A stretch of 64,000 bases of DNA from Neodothiora populina (Eukaryota). Shown piece after piece: positions 1 to 10,815 of the stretch (the stretch's first letter is position 1; every line of letters begins with the position of its first letter). The notes under the pieces were generated by a model that searched no databases, was not told where the DNA came from, and saw nothing but the letters and a program-made list of their open reading frames with translations. The stretch is from contig NW_027191409.1 of the NCBI RefSeq assembly GCF_041146345.1, forward strand, positions 1,178,001-1,242,000, written 5' to 3'. The position numbers and the translations under genes are program-made.

Positions 1-33
1 GAGCAGAAGAGCTCCGCTACTGAACCTGGCCAT
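1..33 (-). CDS. Possible 5' start of a gene running off the left edge (MARFSSGALLL..., signal-peptide-like)
   Basis: ATG at 33 on the minus strand in a strong context (ACAATGG), followed by hydrophobic codons. Only 11 codons are visible. Confidence 0.3.
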   Translation of the reverse strand, partial: MARFSSGALLL

Positions 34-1202
34 TGTCTCGCAGTGCAGCTGTCGCTGTGCAAGTCAATGATGCTAGGTAAGAATGAGAAATGGGAATATG
101 GAGAAAGAGATGATGTGTCAAGCTGCAAGTGGCTTCCTGCAGCACCACGGTGTAAGAGAGTGGAGTTTCGGGACAAATTTAACAATAACGATAAAGCACC
201 ACGTACTGCACTTGTGCCGTGTACCCTTCAAAGTACAAGTACCAATGCTACAGCTACCTGACCTTATGGTGAACTAGACCCAAGTAGAAACACACACAGC
301 ACCCTCAGCGCCCGCAGCAGCTCGGATTTAGCGTACCTTTATCTTATGCTAAGGCGACGCACGATACAAGTATGCTGCACACTGTGAATATGCGGCACGC
401 GGGTACAGCTGACTAGCGTCCACTGTTCGGACGTAGCAGGGCAGGCCTGCGTTGATTGTGGTTGGAGGACGAGCGAGGGATTGGGCTGGAGTTGATGCAG
501 GTGCTGAAAGAGAACCGAGTATAACAATATGCTTGCGAGTCTTGTCCTTGTTCTGTTCTTCCTTTCTGCTTCACGTACGACGTCCTCTGGACGTTGTGCC
601 TGTCAGATCCTACCTACCTTAGGTATACCTTGTGATTGAATCATTACGTCGTCCGAGCTGAGGTTGTGAAGCGAGAGCGAACCCCGCCTTGGCATTCAGG
701 GGGTTTCTGTGACTGAGCCTCACCCACTCATTCCTCACTCCTCACAGATCTCTCGTGTGGCTCAGTTGCTCCGTAGATTTCTAGTTCGAGCCTTCTGCTT
801 CACGATTGTTGAGTGTGGCTGACGCGTTCGTGTCAAGGCTTCCGCTTACTTGTTATCACTGGAATACAACTGCCTTGAGAGCATTAGGGTTAGGGTCCCT
901 AAGTTTATTGATTCGTCGCATCTTATACACGCAACTTCCTTCATTCGACTATCATCCAGTTTGACTCGATCAACACATACACTCGCTTCACTCTTTCACT
1001 TCCGTAAGCCACTCCAAACCCAACACTGCTCTTTCCCGCTTCGATCCCCTTTTTCCAATACATTTCTTCATAACAAAAGAATACAAATCCCCAAAGGAGC
1101 CAAAGCTAAAAATCTCGCCCCCTTTTAGCCGTCTATACTTGAACAGCACTTTTGCTTTGCCTTCAGAATTCGCATTTTGTTCTCCATTCCATCATCAAAG
1201 CA

Positions 1203-1736
1203 ATGGCAGGCCGCATCAACATCCCGCTGGATGCGATTGCATCGCGTCTCAACCTGCAAGGGCGCTTCGATTCCGTGCGCTCTCAGAACATCCAGGGCCG
1301 CTTCGCCAACCTCAAGCCCGTGTCCGAGTTCTTCAACCTCAAGCAGTTGTCGAAGCCGCAGAACTTCGGTGAAGTGCAGAACAGAGTCAACTACAACCTC
1401 GGCTACTTCGCCAGCAACTATGCCGTCTTGTTCGTCATGCTGAGCATCTACACCCTGCTCACCAACTGGCTGCTGACCTTTGTCATTCTCCTCGTCATTG
1501 GTGGCATGTTCGCCATTGGTAAGCTGCAGGGTCGTGATCTCGACGTGGGCTTCTTCCGTGCCACCACTGCACAACTCTACACCGGACTCGTCGTCATCGC
1601 GGTCCCCCTGGCAATCATCGCAAACCCGTTCTCGGCTGCTCTCTGGCTCATCGGAGCTTCTGGAGTCACCATTCTGGGTCACGCTGCGTTTATGGAAAAG
1701 CCCATCGAGTCAGCTTTTTCCGAGGAGGCGGTCTAG
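1203..1736 (+). CDS. YIP3: PRA1-family prenylated Rab acceptor (Yip3), 177 aa
   Basis: ATG in GCAATGG context; motifs RVNYNLGYFASNY and LGHAAFMEKP; two long hydrophobic segments; ends SAFSEEAV-TAG; strong C-ending codon bias. Confidence 0.93.
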   Translation: MAGRINIPLDAIASRLNLQGRFDSVRSQNIQGRFANLKPVSEFFNLKQLSKPQNFGEVQNRVNYNLGYFASNYAVLFVMLSIYTLLTNWLLTFVILLVIGGMFAIGKLQGRDLDVGFFRATTAQLYTGLVVIAVPLAIIANPFSAALWLIGASGVTILGHAAFMEKPIESAFSEEAV

Positions 1737-1906
1737 ATGGTCGGCCGCGAGCTCCTTACTCCTCTCTGCCCCCATGGGGAAGACCATCCGGGGCTCCCGC
1801 AGGGCATGTCGGAAACAGTGGCAGCAGGGGATATGGAGAATGGGAGCCCCGTTCGAGCCAGCTACGACAGCTGGCTCTCGACGACCAAGATGACAGGCAC
1901 GAGCTG

Positions 1907-3136
1907 ATGTTCGGTCCCGCTGCCGGTCTGATGTCGAAACCTCTGTCCAGAGGTCAAGAAAGAGAAAGATTTACTGGTGATGAGCTGTATTTTACTGGCT
2001 ATGATTTGAACTGGGCAAGAGGCGACGAGAGATTGCCCGGGAATGCATCGTACGAGAGCGTTGGCTATGCGGAGGAATATCGATTCCAGGATGAGAAAGA
2101 AAGAGAGAACTACGAGCAGCAGCGTCAAGCCGCTTACCTTCGACAGGAGGACTTGTTGCAATCTGCCAATGAAAAAGTCCGAAGGGCCAGAGAGAAAGGC
2201 AAAGCGAACATTGTCCTGAGCCCTGAAGAAGTCGAGGCACTCCAGCGTGGTCAGACGCCACCCAGACGTGACCTCACGCCACCAAAGACCCCTTCCAAGA
2301 GCAGATCGAGCCGGTCCAGCAGTGCTACGAGTCCTGCAGGCAAGAAATCGAGCAAGAAGAGCTCCAACTCACGCCTTGCTAGCAACCCATCTCCGTCCGC
2401 ATCACGCACCAAAGGCACACCACGGTCATCGCGCAAGTCCTCGCTGGCTGGAGAGCAATCAAATGCTGCGCCCCCAGCTTTCACGATCGCAGGACCAGAT
2501 GGTGTGCCCATGTACGCACCGGGCTATTACTCGTCTTCCTCTCCCGAACTAGTCCGACCAGGATCCAGCCGATCTCGGGCAGGATCGAGGTCTGCTTCCT
2601 CGGGCAATCAACGCGACGTGACTCCGCCAGTATCAGAGCCGACATATGTAGCCTATCATCCAGGACGTCTCTATGGCGGTCCGCCAGGTTCAAGCGAGGA
2701 TAGTGGTGGTGGTGGGGGTCTGCGCCTGCCTCGCAATCGATCTGCATCAAATGCACAGTTCAGCTCCGAATTCTTCGGTACGCCGCCACTGCCAGCTGTG
2801 CAGAACCGACGCAACGTTTCAGGTCCGGCAGACGTTTCGTACTCGAGGGTGCCCCGTGTGCAAGCGCGTTCGCCTCTGGCACCCAGACAAGAGGCGGGGT
2901 CTTCGTTTTCTGCTCAGCAAGCATGGCCAGGACGCGGAGAGAGCAGAGCTGGCGCGGGTGATGCGGCTGGTAACTCGGGCGGCAGTAGCGGTCGAGGTAG
3001 TGTCAGCAGCGGCAGCGATGACGGCGAACAGGGGGTCCGCGTCGAAGTGCTGCCGGATCGACTGGGTGGTGGGTACACGATTGACAGACGACCTGTTGGC
3101 AGCGACGGATTGAAGCGGCGAAAGGGACGAAAGTGA
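1907..3136 (+). CDS. Hypothetical Ser/Gly/Arg-rich, largely disordered protein (409 aa from first ATG; frame open from 1538, overlapping YIP3)
   Basis: 409-codon ORF with a helical segment (EDLLQSANEKVRRAREKGKANIVLSPEEVEAL). The same frame has no stop between TGA at 1535-1537 and 3136. Confidence 0.75.
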   Translation: MFGPAAGLMSKPLSRGQERERFTGDELYFTGYDLNWARGDERLPGNASYESVGYAEEYRFQDEKERENYEQQRQAAYLRQEDLLQSANEKVRRAREKGKANIVLSPEEVEALQRGQTPPRRDLTPPKTPSKSRSSRSSSATSPAGKKSSKKSSNSRLASNPSPSASRTKGTPRSSRKSSLAGEQSNAAPPAFTIAGPDGVPMYAPGYYSSSSPELVRPGSSRSRAGSRSASSGNQRDVTPPVSEPTYVAYHPGRLYGGPPGSSEDSGGGGGLRLPRNRSASNAQFSSEFFGTPPLPAVQNRRNVSGPADVSYSRVPRVQARSPLAPRQEAGSSFSAQQAWPGRGESRAGAGDAAGNSGGSSGRGSVSSGSDDGEQGVRVEVLPDRLGGGYTIDRRPVGSDGLKRRKGRK

Positions 3137-3640
3137 GGCCTTCTGCAATTTGCACGTTTGGTTGATATGTTATTGCATCTAGACGAGGCGCTACATCATG
3201 GACTTTTACAATAGAACACTTTGCATTTGGGGTCTTTTCTGCATCCCATGTCTTTGCCTCTCTAAATCGCTTCCCCTTTTCATATGATAGACTGTGGTTC
3301 CTCCTCTTTCTCCAATGATTTCCCCAAAGCTTTGTTTCGAACCAAGAGAATAAAAAAAAATATAACTCCTAGTTGATGTTGAAGAAGAGGAAAACAAAAT
3401 GTCTCCTCGGCAATAAGCAACAAAACGCCCATACAAAAGCGCGGAGGCTGACTGTCCACACTTATAATCCTCTTTCAAAAAAGAGATCCCGTCGGACCAT
3501 GACCTGAACCATTCAATTCTCCTTGATCCCGACCCCTGACTCTGCAGAGGGATATTTGATAATCATCTTCTCTCCTCCGCTGCCCCTTCTTTTTCTATAT
3601 TCCCCCTTTGTTTGCATCCAGCTCATTCTCGAAGCGTTGT

Positions 3641-4058
3641 TCACCCACCGAAGCCGAATAGGATCCTCAGCAGCTCGAAGATGAGACCGCCGCAGACGAC
3701 AAAGATGAGGAGGACTGTGGAAACGAGTGTTAGATTTCTTTCCTCTTCTTTTCTTCTCGCTCTCTGCGAGATTCATAGAGCGAGGCAAGACAGACAAAGG
3801 AGGATTTACTGACTGAGCCATATGCGCGAGACGGGGCTCTTCGCCGGCGTGGTCTGTTTCTTGGTCACGACCGCGGCGGGTTTGCCCATCTTGGACTCTT
3901 GCTTGCGGGCGAAAGCCTCGTTTGCACGGCGCTGTTGGGGGGTTTGGACCTTTGCGGAGGTTAGTCTTTTTTTTCTTGGATTCTCGAGTTGCAGGGAGGG
4001 GGGTCGCGCAAAACAAGGAGCAGAAGAAGAATGTCAGTAGCAGCATTGAACATACCAT
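3641..4058 (-). CDS. YSY6: RAMP4/SERP1/Ysy6 ribosome-associated ER membrane protein, about 71 aa, 3 exons (4058-4056, 3949-3814, 3714-3641)
   Basis: Spliced by hand: ATG|GTATGT..CTAAC..AAG and A|GTCAGT..CTAAC..CAG give MVQTPQQRRANEAFARKQESKMGKP...KSPVSRIWLILLIFVVCGGLIFELLRILFGFGG, a typical RAMP4 sequence with C-terminal TM helix. Absent from the ORF track. Confidence 0.9.
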
Positions 4059-4531
4059 TGTGGCGGCTGTGTGTGTGTATGAGGTGTTCGGTCGAGGGGT
4101 ATAGTAGAGCAAGGTAGATCGGAAAGGAAGGGTGATCGGCAGGTGGACTATTATGGTCGGGGACAGGTAACAACTATCCGGCTGGAAGTGAAAGGGACAG
4201 CGAGTAAGACAGTGTTCAGAGAGAGGGCGAGAGTTTCAGGAGTTGACTCAGACAATAATAGTAGATCAATAACCAATATCATTCCTTTGCTGACGGGACT
4301 TGTTGATTCAGCCGCTGCTACTGCCACATGTCATCAAGGTGGATGAGTGAGTCATGAAACACAGATCTGGACCTTTGTCGTGTGTCATGCGCGGACAGAT
4401 TGAGCTTCTCCACACACTCCCTCGAATAATACCAGGTAGACTGTATCTATATCCACATATTCTGATATACCTGTCACACTGTATAATAATCGACTGCTGG
4501 CCTGTGTGATTGACTGACTGAATGGGACACA

Positions 4532-6577
4532 ATGTTGGACGCCTTTGAAATCTTGACGACGTCTGGAGTGGTGCTCTGGTCCAAGTCATATGCGCCGGTG
4601 AGCAGCAATGTGGTGAACAGCCTGATCAGCGACGTCTTCATCGAGGATCGATTGTCCTCGCTCACAATCTCTTCGTCTTCGTCAGCAAGCAAAGAAGACA
4701 CACAATCAGCTCGCAATACTCCTTTCAAAAAGGACAAACACACGGTCAAATGGACCACGGCGAAAGACCTCGGCCTGATCTTTGTCGCCGTCTACCAGTC
4801 CATCCTGCACCTGCCTTTTGTCGACGACTTGCTCGACGTCACACGCGCTCTTTTCATAAAACAATACGGGAAGGAGCTAAAAATGGCAAGCGCGCCGAGT
4901 CGACTCGACTGTTCACCCTTCGCTCCCACCTTCGACGCCCTCGTCGCCAAACTCGACAAGACGTCCATCACCGCCGAATCTGTCTCGCGGTCAGATCACG
5001 ACTCGACATCTGCCGCTGAGTTGACGCCGCCCTCGAGTACTGCTGGCACCGAAGATGGCTTCGAAGAGCCGCCGCCTCCTCCTCCTCCCGTGCCAGCCTT
5101 GAAGAAAGCTGCGCCGAAACACCTGTACAACGACACCACCTCCACAGATGCCACTCCCGTCCCCACCCCGGACACTTCGAGACCCTCGTCTCCCGCAGTC
5201 AACCACATTCTCACCGGCAAAGCTGGTCCGCCCGCAAAGGCCACGAGAAGGTCTCGCAGACTCGCCGCGAAGAACGAGTCCGCTCCAGCTTCCTCAGGTG
5301 ATGAGTCGCCCGCGAGGAAGTCTACCGCAAAGAGACCCACCGCCAAGTCAAAGCGCACATGGGATGCCCATGGGTTCGGAGAGGACGACGGCGACACTGT
5401 GCTAGACTACTCGACCCACAGCCTCGAGGGAGACGTCGATTCATCACAGATCGAGGACGTGCGAACACAAGACATGGGCAGCCGAACGAACAAGGGCCAG
5501 TTCGTCCTCAAGGATCTAGACGATGAAGTTGACGCCATCCTCGCACAATCGAAATCTAAGCAGACACATTCAGCAGAAGCGGCATCCACGAGTGGCCTCG
5601 TGGGAACAGGCATCGGCGCCATCAGCGGCTATTTCAAGAACATTGTCGGTGGCAAAACATTGGCCAAAGAAGATCTCGTCAAGCCGCTCAAGGCCATGGA
5701 AGACCACTTGCTCAACAAGAACGTGGCGAGAGAAGCGGCGGTTCGACTATGCGAGAGTGTGGAGCGCGACTTGCTGGGCACCAAAACCACCTCCTTCACC
5801 ACCATTGACGCCACCATCCGCTCCTCCATGTCAAAAGCCTTGACCAAGATCCTGACTCCTACATCCTCGCTCGACCTTCTGCGCGCCATCACAACCACAA
5901 ACACCACCCGCCCTTACATCATCAGTATAGTCGGTGTGAACGGCGTGGGCAAGTCAACCTCTCTCTCCAAAATCGCCTTTTTCCTGCTCCAGAACAACTT
6001 TCGCGTGCTGGTGTGCGCAGCAGACACCTTCCGTTCCGGCGCTGTCGAGCAGCTCCGCGTTCACGTGCGCAACTTGTCCGAACTCGCCGCCCGCGAAAAC
6101 GTAGGCACGGTCGAGCTGTTCGAGCAGGGCTACGGCAAGGACGCAGCGACAGTGGCCCGGGACGCCGTCGCATACGCCAACACTCCATCCGCGGGCAAGC
6201 CAGCCTTTGACGTCGTCCTCATCGACACGGCAGGCCGTCGACACAACGACACCAGACTCATGTCCTCGCTGACCAAGTTCGGCCAGCTCGCCAACCCGGA
6301 CAAGATCTTCATGGTCGGCGAAGCCCTCGTCGGCACCGACTCGGTCGCCCAGGCGCGTAATTTTTCTGCTCAGTTCATGGATGCCAAGACCGGTCGTCCG
6401 AGGGGTCTGGACGGGTTTATCATCAGCAAATGCGATACCGTGGGCGATATGGTCGGTACTTTGGTGTCTATGGTTCACGCCACGGGTATCCCCGTCGTGT
6501 TCTTGGGCGTCGGTCAGCATTATGGTGATTTGAGGGGGTTGAACGTCGGATGGGCTGTTGACAAGCTTATGAAGTGA
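4532..6577 (+). CDS. SRP101: Signal recognition particle receptor alpha subunit (SRX domain plus NG GTPase), 681 aa
   Basis: N-terminal MLDAFEILTTSGVVLW; GTPase motifs GVNGVGKST, DTFRSGAVEQL, DTAGR, SKCD, GVGQHYGDL. Confidence 0.96.
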   Translation: MLDAFEILTTSGVVLWSKSYAPVSSNVVNSLISDVFIEDRLSSLTISSSSSASKEDTQSARNTPFKKDKHTVKWTTAKDLGLIFVAVYQSILHLPFVDDLLDVTRALFIKQYGKELKMASAPSRLDCSPFAPTFDALVAKLDKTSITAESVSRSDHDSTSAAELTPPSSTAGTEDGFEEPPPPPPPVPALKKAAPKHLYNDTTSTDATPVPTPDTSRPSSPAVNHILTGKAGPPAKATRRSRRLAAKNESAPASSGDESPARKSTAKRPTAKSKRTWDAHGFGEDDGDTVLDYSTHSLEGDVDSSQIEDVRTQDMGSRTNKGQFVLKDLDDEVDAILAQSKSKQTHSAEAASTSGLVGTGIGAISGYFKNIVGGKTLAKEDLVKPLKAMEDHLLNKNVAREAAVRLCESVERDLLGTKTTSFTTIDATIRSSMSKALTKILTPTSSLDLLRAITTTNTTRPYIISIVGVNGVGKSTSLSKIAFFLLQNNFRVLVCAADTFRSGAVEQLRVHVRNLSELAARENVGTVELFEQGYGKDAATVARDAVAYANTPSAGKPAFDVVLIDTAGRRHNDTRLMSSLTKFGQLANPDKIFMVGEALVGTDSVAQARNFSAQFMDAKTGRPRGLDGFIISKCDTVGDMVGTLVSMVHATGIPVVFLGVGQHYGDLRGLNVGWAVDKLMK

Positions 6578-7024
6578 GTTGTTTAGCAATGTCGAATGGT
6601 TGGTTGGTGCGTGCTTTCTCGTCTCCTGTCGTTTTCTGGACATCCCTTTCTCGTTTTATATCTTCTGTTCACTCTTCTTCATGAATCAATGAACAGACAG
6701 GGATTGCACGGATGATGCATAATGGGACACAGCGCTTCTTTCTTGTTCTATATCTTCTTCGCCGTCCTTATTTTGGTACTTGTTGGATGAATAAGGCGCT
6801 TGTCCTCCTACCCACCACGTCATCACGAAGTCTGTATTTACCTGTCGTTCTCAATCTAGAGATCCTGGTTGTGGAAAACCGGAGAGACAGAACATAATGT
6901 GCTATGAAGTGCAAATTTTCCCTTGTTTACTCACTTCCATCAATCATGAATCAACCAACCCACCGCAAACATGTATCCTTGCACTTCACCACACCCCAAA
7001 AAGCAATCGCAAGTGAAAGACAGT

Positions 7025-9312
7025 CTACTGATGCAGAAACTCCAACCGCCCCCTTGCCAGCCCTCCATCGATCCCACAAACCCCCTCGAAATCTCCAACA
7101 TCCCTGCCTCGCCTCTCCGTCCTCTCCCTCCACCGCCTGATCTCACAGCTCTGCCCGGGCCCATCACGACAGTCGGGCACAGCCACGGTGCCGTCATTGA
7201 TGTTTACTCTGACGTACACCGTGGGCGTAGGCAGGGAGGCGTCGTCCTCGGAGCGCGACATGCCTTGTTCAGTCGAGGCCGTCTCATCGTCTAGGTCTTG
7301 ACAGTAGACCATGTGGGGGTACGCGGGATAGGGCGCGAAACAGTACTGCTCCTTTGGCTGCCTATCGTTTTCTCGCGCAGACAGATGCGCTTGTTGCGCT
7401 GCTGAGGCGGCCGCGTTGTAGTGCGCTTGCGCGACGTTGTTGGCTTTGTCGCTGTCGATTGGGTTGGGGTCGGTGTTTCTCGTCATGTGTTTGCGGATTG
7501 ATGGAGAGGAAGAGATGGAAGAGGAGGAGTTGAGATTCACGGGTGGGAAGCAGGATAGCCGTTCTAAAATCACTCGGCCGTGCATAGGGACAAGAGTCGA
7601 GGTGCGCCATGTGCGGTTCAAGGGCACGTTTGTTGTCGGGAGGTCGTTCGTCGTCGACGAGGAAGAGGAGTTGTGCGAGGGGGATAGGATGTCCAGCGCT
7701 GCTAGGAGGGGGATGATGTCGCCGTCGTGGGCACTGCGGTATCTCATCAGTGGCCGAGTCTTTCCCACAGAAGCATCGCATCCCCTGTAACAAAGGCAAA
7801 ACTCACAAGCTGAAGAACATGCCCCCTGCCTCCCGCGGTCCCTTGACCAACAACTCCGTCGTAGCATTCAACCACAACCAGCCCATCGAAGCACCATACG
7901 CATTCCCGGGCCCAGCGCGATGGAAATGCAGCAAATCCCTCGCATACTCGAAGTGCTCGAGCTCGCGACGGCTGAAGACGCCACACCACGGACTCTCGAC
8001 GCCCGAAGCCAGGGTTTCGAAGCCGCACATCTCCTGCATGACATAGACTTCTGCCGCAGTCGTGTTCAGCAAGCCTTTGTTTTCGCCGTTCAGGCGCTCG
8101 ACGATAGGAGGCAGGTAGACGCGCTGCCACGTGGCTAGTTGTCGATATCCGTACGCGCGCCCGAGCCCGCCTTTGTCTTCGGCGTAGTCCTTGCATGTGT
8201 CCCCCGGAGTCAGCGTGTCGGCGCCTCGATCTGCGCTTTCGGGGACGATGTATAATTGCGCCTTGTCGCTACTTTCCCAGTCTAGGCCCCAGAAGCCCGC
8301 GGCGAAGTACTTTGCCGTCTCGACGACTCGTTTCGAACTCGACGCCCAGAGAGATGTCGTCTTGCGACGATTCAGTGCATCGGAAACCAGATGCGAGTAT
8401 CGCGTGCGGAGCTTGACGCCTGTCGAGAACGCGGATAGGGTTCCGGCGTAGGGACCTGTGGAGACCAGGCTCTCGAGGTTGGACTGTGGATCGGGGATGA
8501 AAAAGTCCCAGTCGCGCACGAAGGAGAGGGAGCCGTTGAGGTGCTCGCGGATAGGGCGCAGACGGTGGTAGAGTTCCAACATGCCTGGATGAGTTTAGTC
8601 CCGATGACTCTGTTTCGAGTCTATCACTGCTGCTTCTCGAGACCGCATTATCGAAGACAAGCAATATTTTAGAAGAAGAAGACAAAGAAGGGAAAAGTCA
8701 ACTCACGTATGCCAGCTTTGCCAGTCGGATATCGCTCTGCATGTCTAGATAACTGCGACGGAGCACACGTCAGAAGTGCAAGACTTGAAAAGGGGAAGAA
8801 GCAGGGATCGAAGAGAGGTAGAGTAGAACATTCACGTGCGATGCCGGTCAAGTAGAACAACCTTGCAAAATCCGAGTACGACAGAACAAAAAACGATACG
8901 ACGAAGCACAGTAACTCACCATATGCACTTGATCAACCATACAGCCCCTAGGCACTCCAACCCCACCACCATGCTCTTCACCTTCTCTCTCTCCCTCATC
9001 ATCCAATCCACCAACAACCCCATCCATCTTCCGTATCCACGGCCCATTCCCTCCAAGATGATACAGCAAATCCCAGTCTCCCTCGCCGCCATCGCGCCGC
9101 TCACCCTCGGTGTCTCCCGAAAAGCTAGTCCACCATCCCGAGCGATGACTTTCGTAAAGGTGAGTGAGCGGCGGCAAGATCTGGCTGACAGAAGCCGCGA
9201 GAGCGCCGGTGGCGATCGAGAGGCTCGGAGCGAGTAGCAGGATTGATATTGCGGTTAATGCTACTGCTGCAGCGAGGAGGGTTGAGTATGGGGGGCTAGG
9301 GTTGCGATCCAT
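7025..9312 (-). CDS. Histidine acid phosphatase / phytase-like, 4 exons (9312-8920, 8752-8707, 8584-7807, 7733-7025)
   Basis: N-terminal hydrophobic anchor; HLGGNGPW; active-site RHAERYP in a 46-nt exon; MCGFE; catalytic HD (AHDGD); canonical GTGAGT..AG introns restore frame. Confidence 0.9.
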
Positions 9313-10815
9313 ATCTGGGAGGGTTATCGAGAGCCTCTTCGTGGCTATTGAGTGTTTCTTGCTTCTGATCTTTCCTCCCCTTTTGCTGATCTACTTCTCT
9401 GCTTTTCCTTTGTTCCTCCTTGTCATGCAATATCTAGATTACAGAATGAAAGCAAACCTAAGCAGCAGAGCAAATATCTCTTCCTTCCCCTTTCTCGCCT
9501 CCCTCTCTCCTAACGCTTTTTGTCAAATTGCACGACTAAGTGACCAGATGACTGTGTCTTGACATGTAATTGACTATACCAGTACTTGCAAAGAAACCTT
9601 CGTAATCGAGAGGCTAGAAATGAATCAAAGAAATTGATGGAAGAGAGCGACAAGGAATATGAAGGGTATAGAGCGTAATTTCCTTTTAAACCTTCGATAA
9701 AGAAAAACGAAAGAGTTTAAATAAACCTTGTAACAGCGAATAAAACAGTCGAATTAGTGAGGGTGACATAACAGCAGTAACAGAAGCAGAAGTAGAAGCA
9801 GAAGCAGGAGTAATAGCAATAGCGGTTAAAGCAGTATAATGCACTAACCCTCGTTCGTACGTACAATGTTAAGAAGAACATAAACTGAAACAGCTGCGTA
9901 GCTATTTAAGATCTTAAAAGAATAGACTCCCTCCTTCTCTTACTTTATGTATGTGAACTAGCAGCCTATACCTTCTGCTTCTTTATACTTAATGGAAAAT
10001 GATGCCGAACTTGAAAGATAAAGATACCTTATAGCGAAAAGGACTAACTAAAACCGATCGATTGCTCGCTAATCTTCTTCTGTCAATCTTCCCCACTTTA
10101 TTTTGTCTGGGGTTGAGCAGTTCTATTGGAAGATCCTCCGCGTTGTTTATTCGCGTTTCACTAATTATCTTACCAACCTTACTTTTCTGTGCTACGACAT
10201 GTATATATGTGTGTGTTTGCCCGCTTTAGCTACCTTCTCGTTACGATAAGATTGGAAGCATTCCGTGTCACAAGACTTGTACAAATGAAAAGAGAAGGTG
10301 GGTGTAACAATCAGCGAGAAGTCACATGCTAGGCCGTTCTTGTGTGTGAATTGCATTGAACCGTGCCTATATCAGTCAGGAGTCAAGAGGCAGGTTCTAC
10401 CAGACATGTGGTACTATCAAGGGAAAGACCGTCATTTTCATTTGGAGGGCAGAAGCCATACGCATCATTCCAGAAAACCAAAACTCTTGTAACGTAGTCT
10501 ACACTTTGGAATGAAAGGAGGAAAAGGAAATAAAATAAAACATAAAGAGAAAGGCGTTGCGCGATGAGCAGCGTCGGCGTGTGGGTTTCAATCAGCATTC
10601 TGCAATGGCCAAAACCGAACCATTCAGATCTGCCCTGCCAGGTAAAAGTTCCATCATCACCCCCGTCTTACTCCACCAAGCGACCGACTTGTGCGAGTAC
10701 CATCGTCAAAAACTCCTGCCTTTACCAAGATCCTGCTCAACCAGAGCTTTATGCGGGAAAAAAATGAAAAACACGAAGAGCAATCTACGTCTCCTTGGTG
10801 GACTGGCGCAACACT

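Noticed and set aside
884..895. TTAGGG x2 telomere-like repeat
   Set aside because: Only two units, in the YIP3 upstream region; no subtelomeric features.
3513..4112. 199-aa minus-strand ORF
   Set aside because: Off-frame read-through of the spliced RAMP4 gene and its introns.
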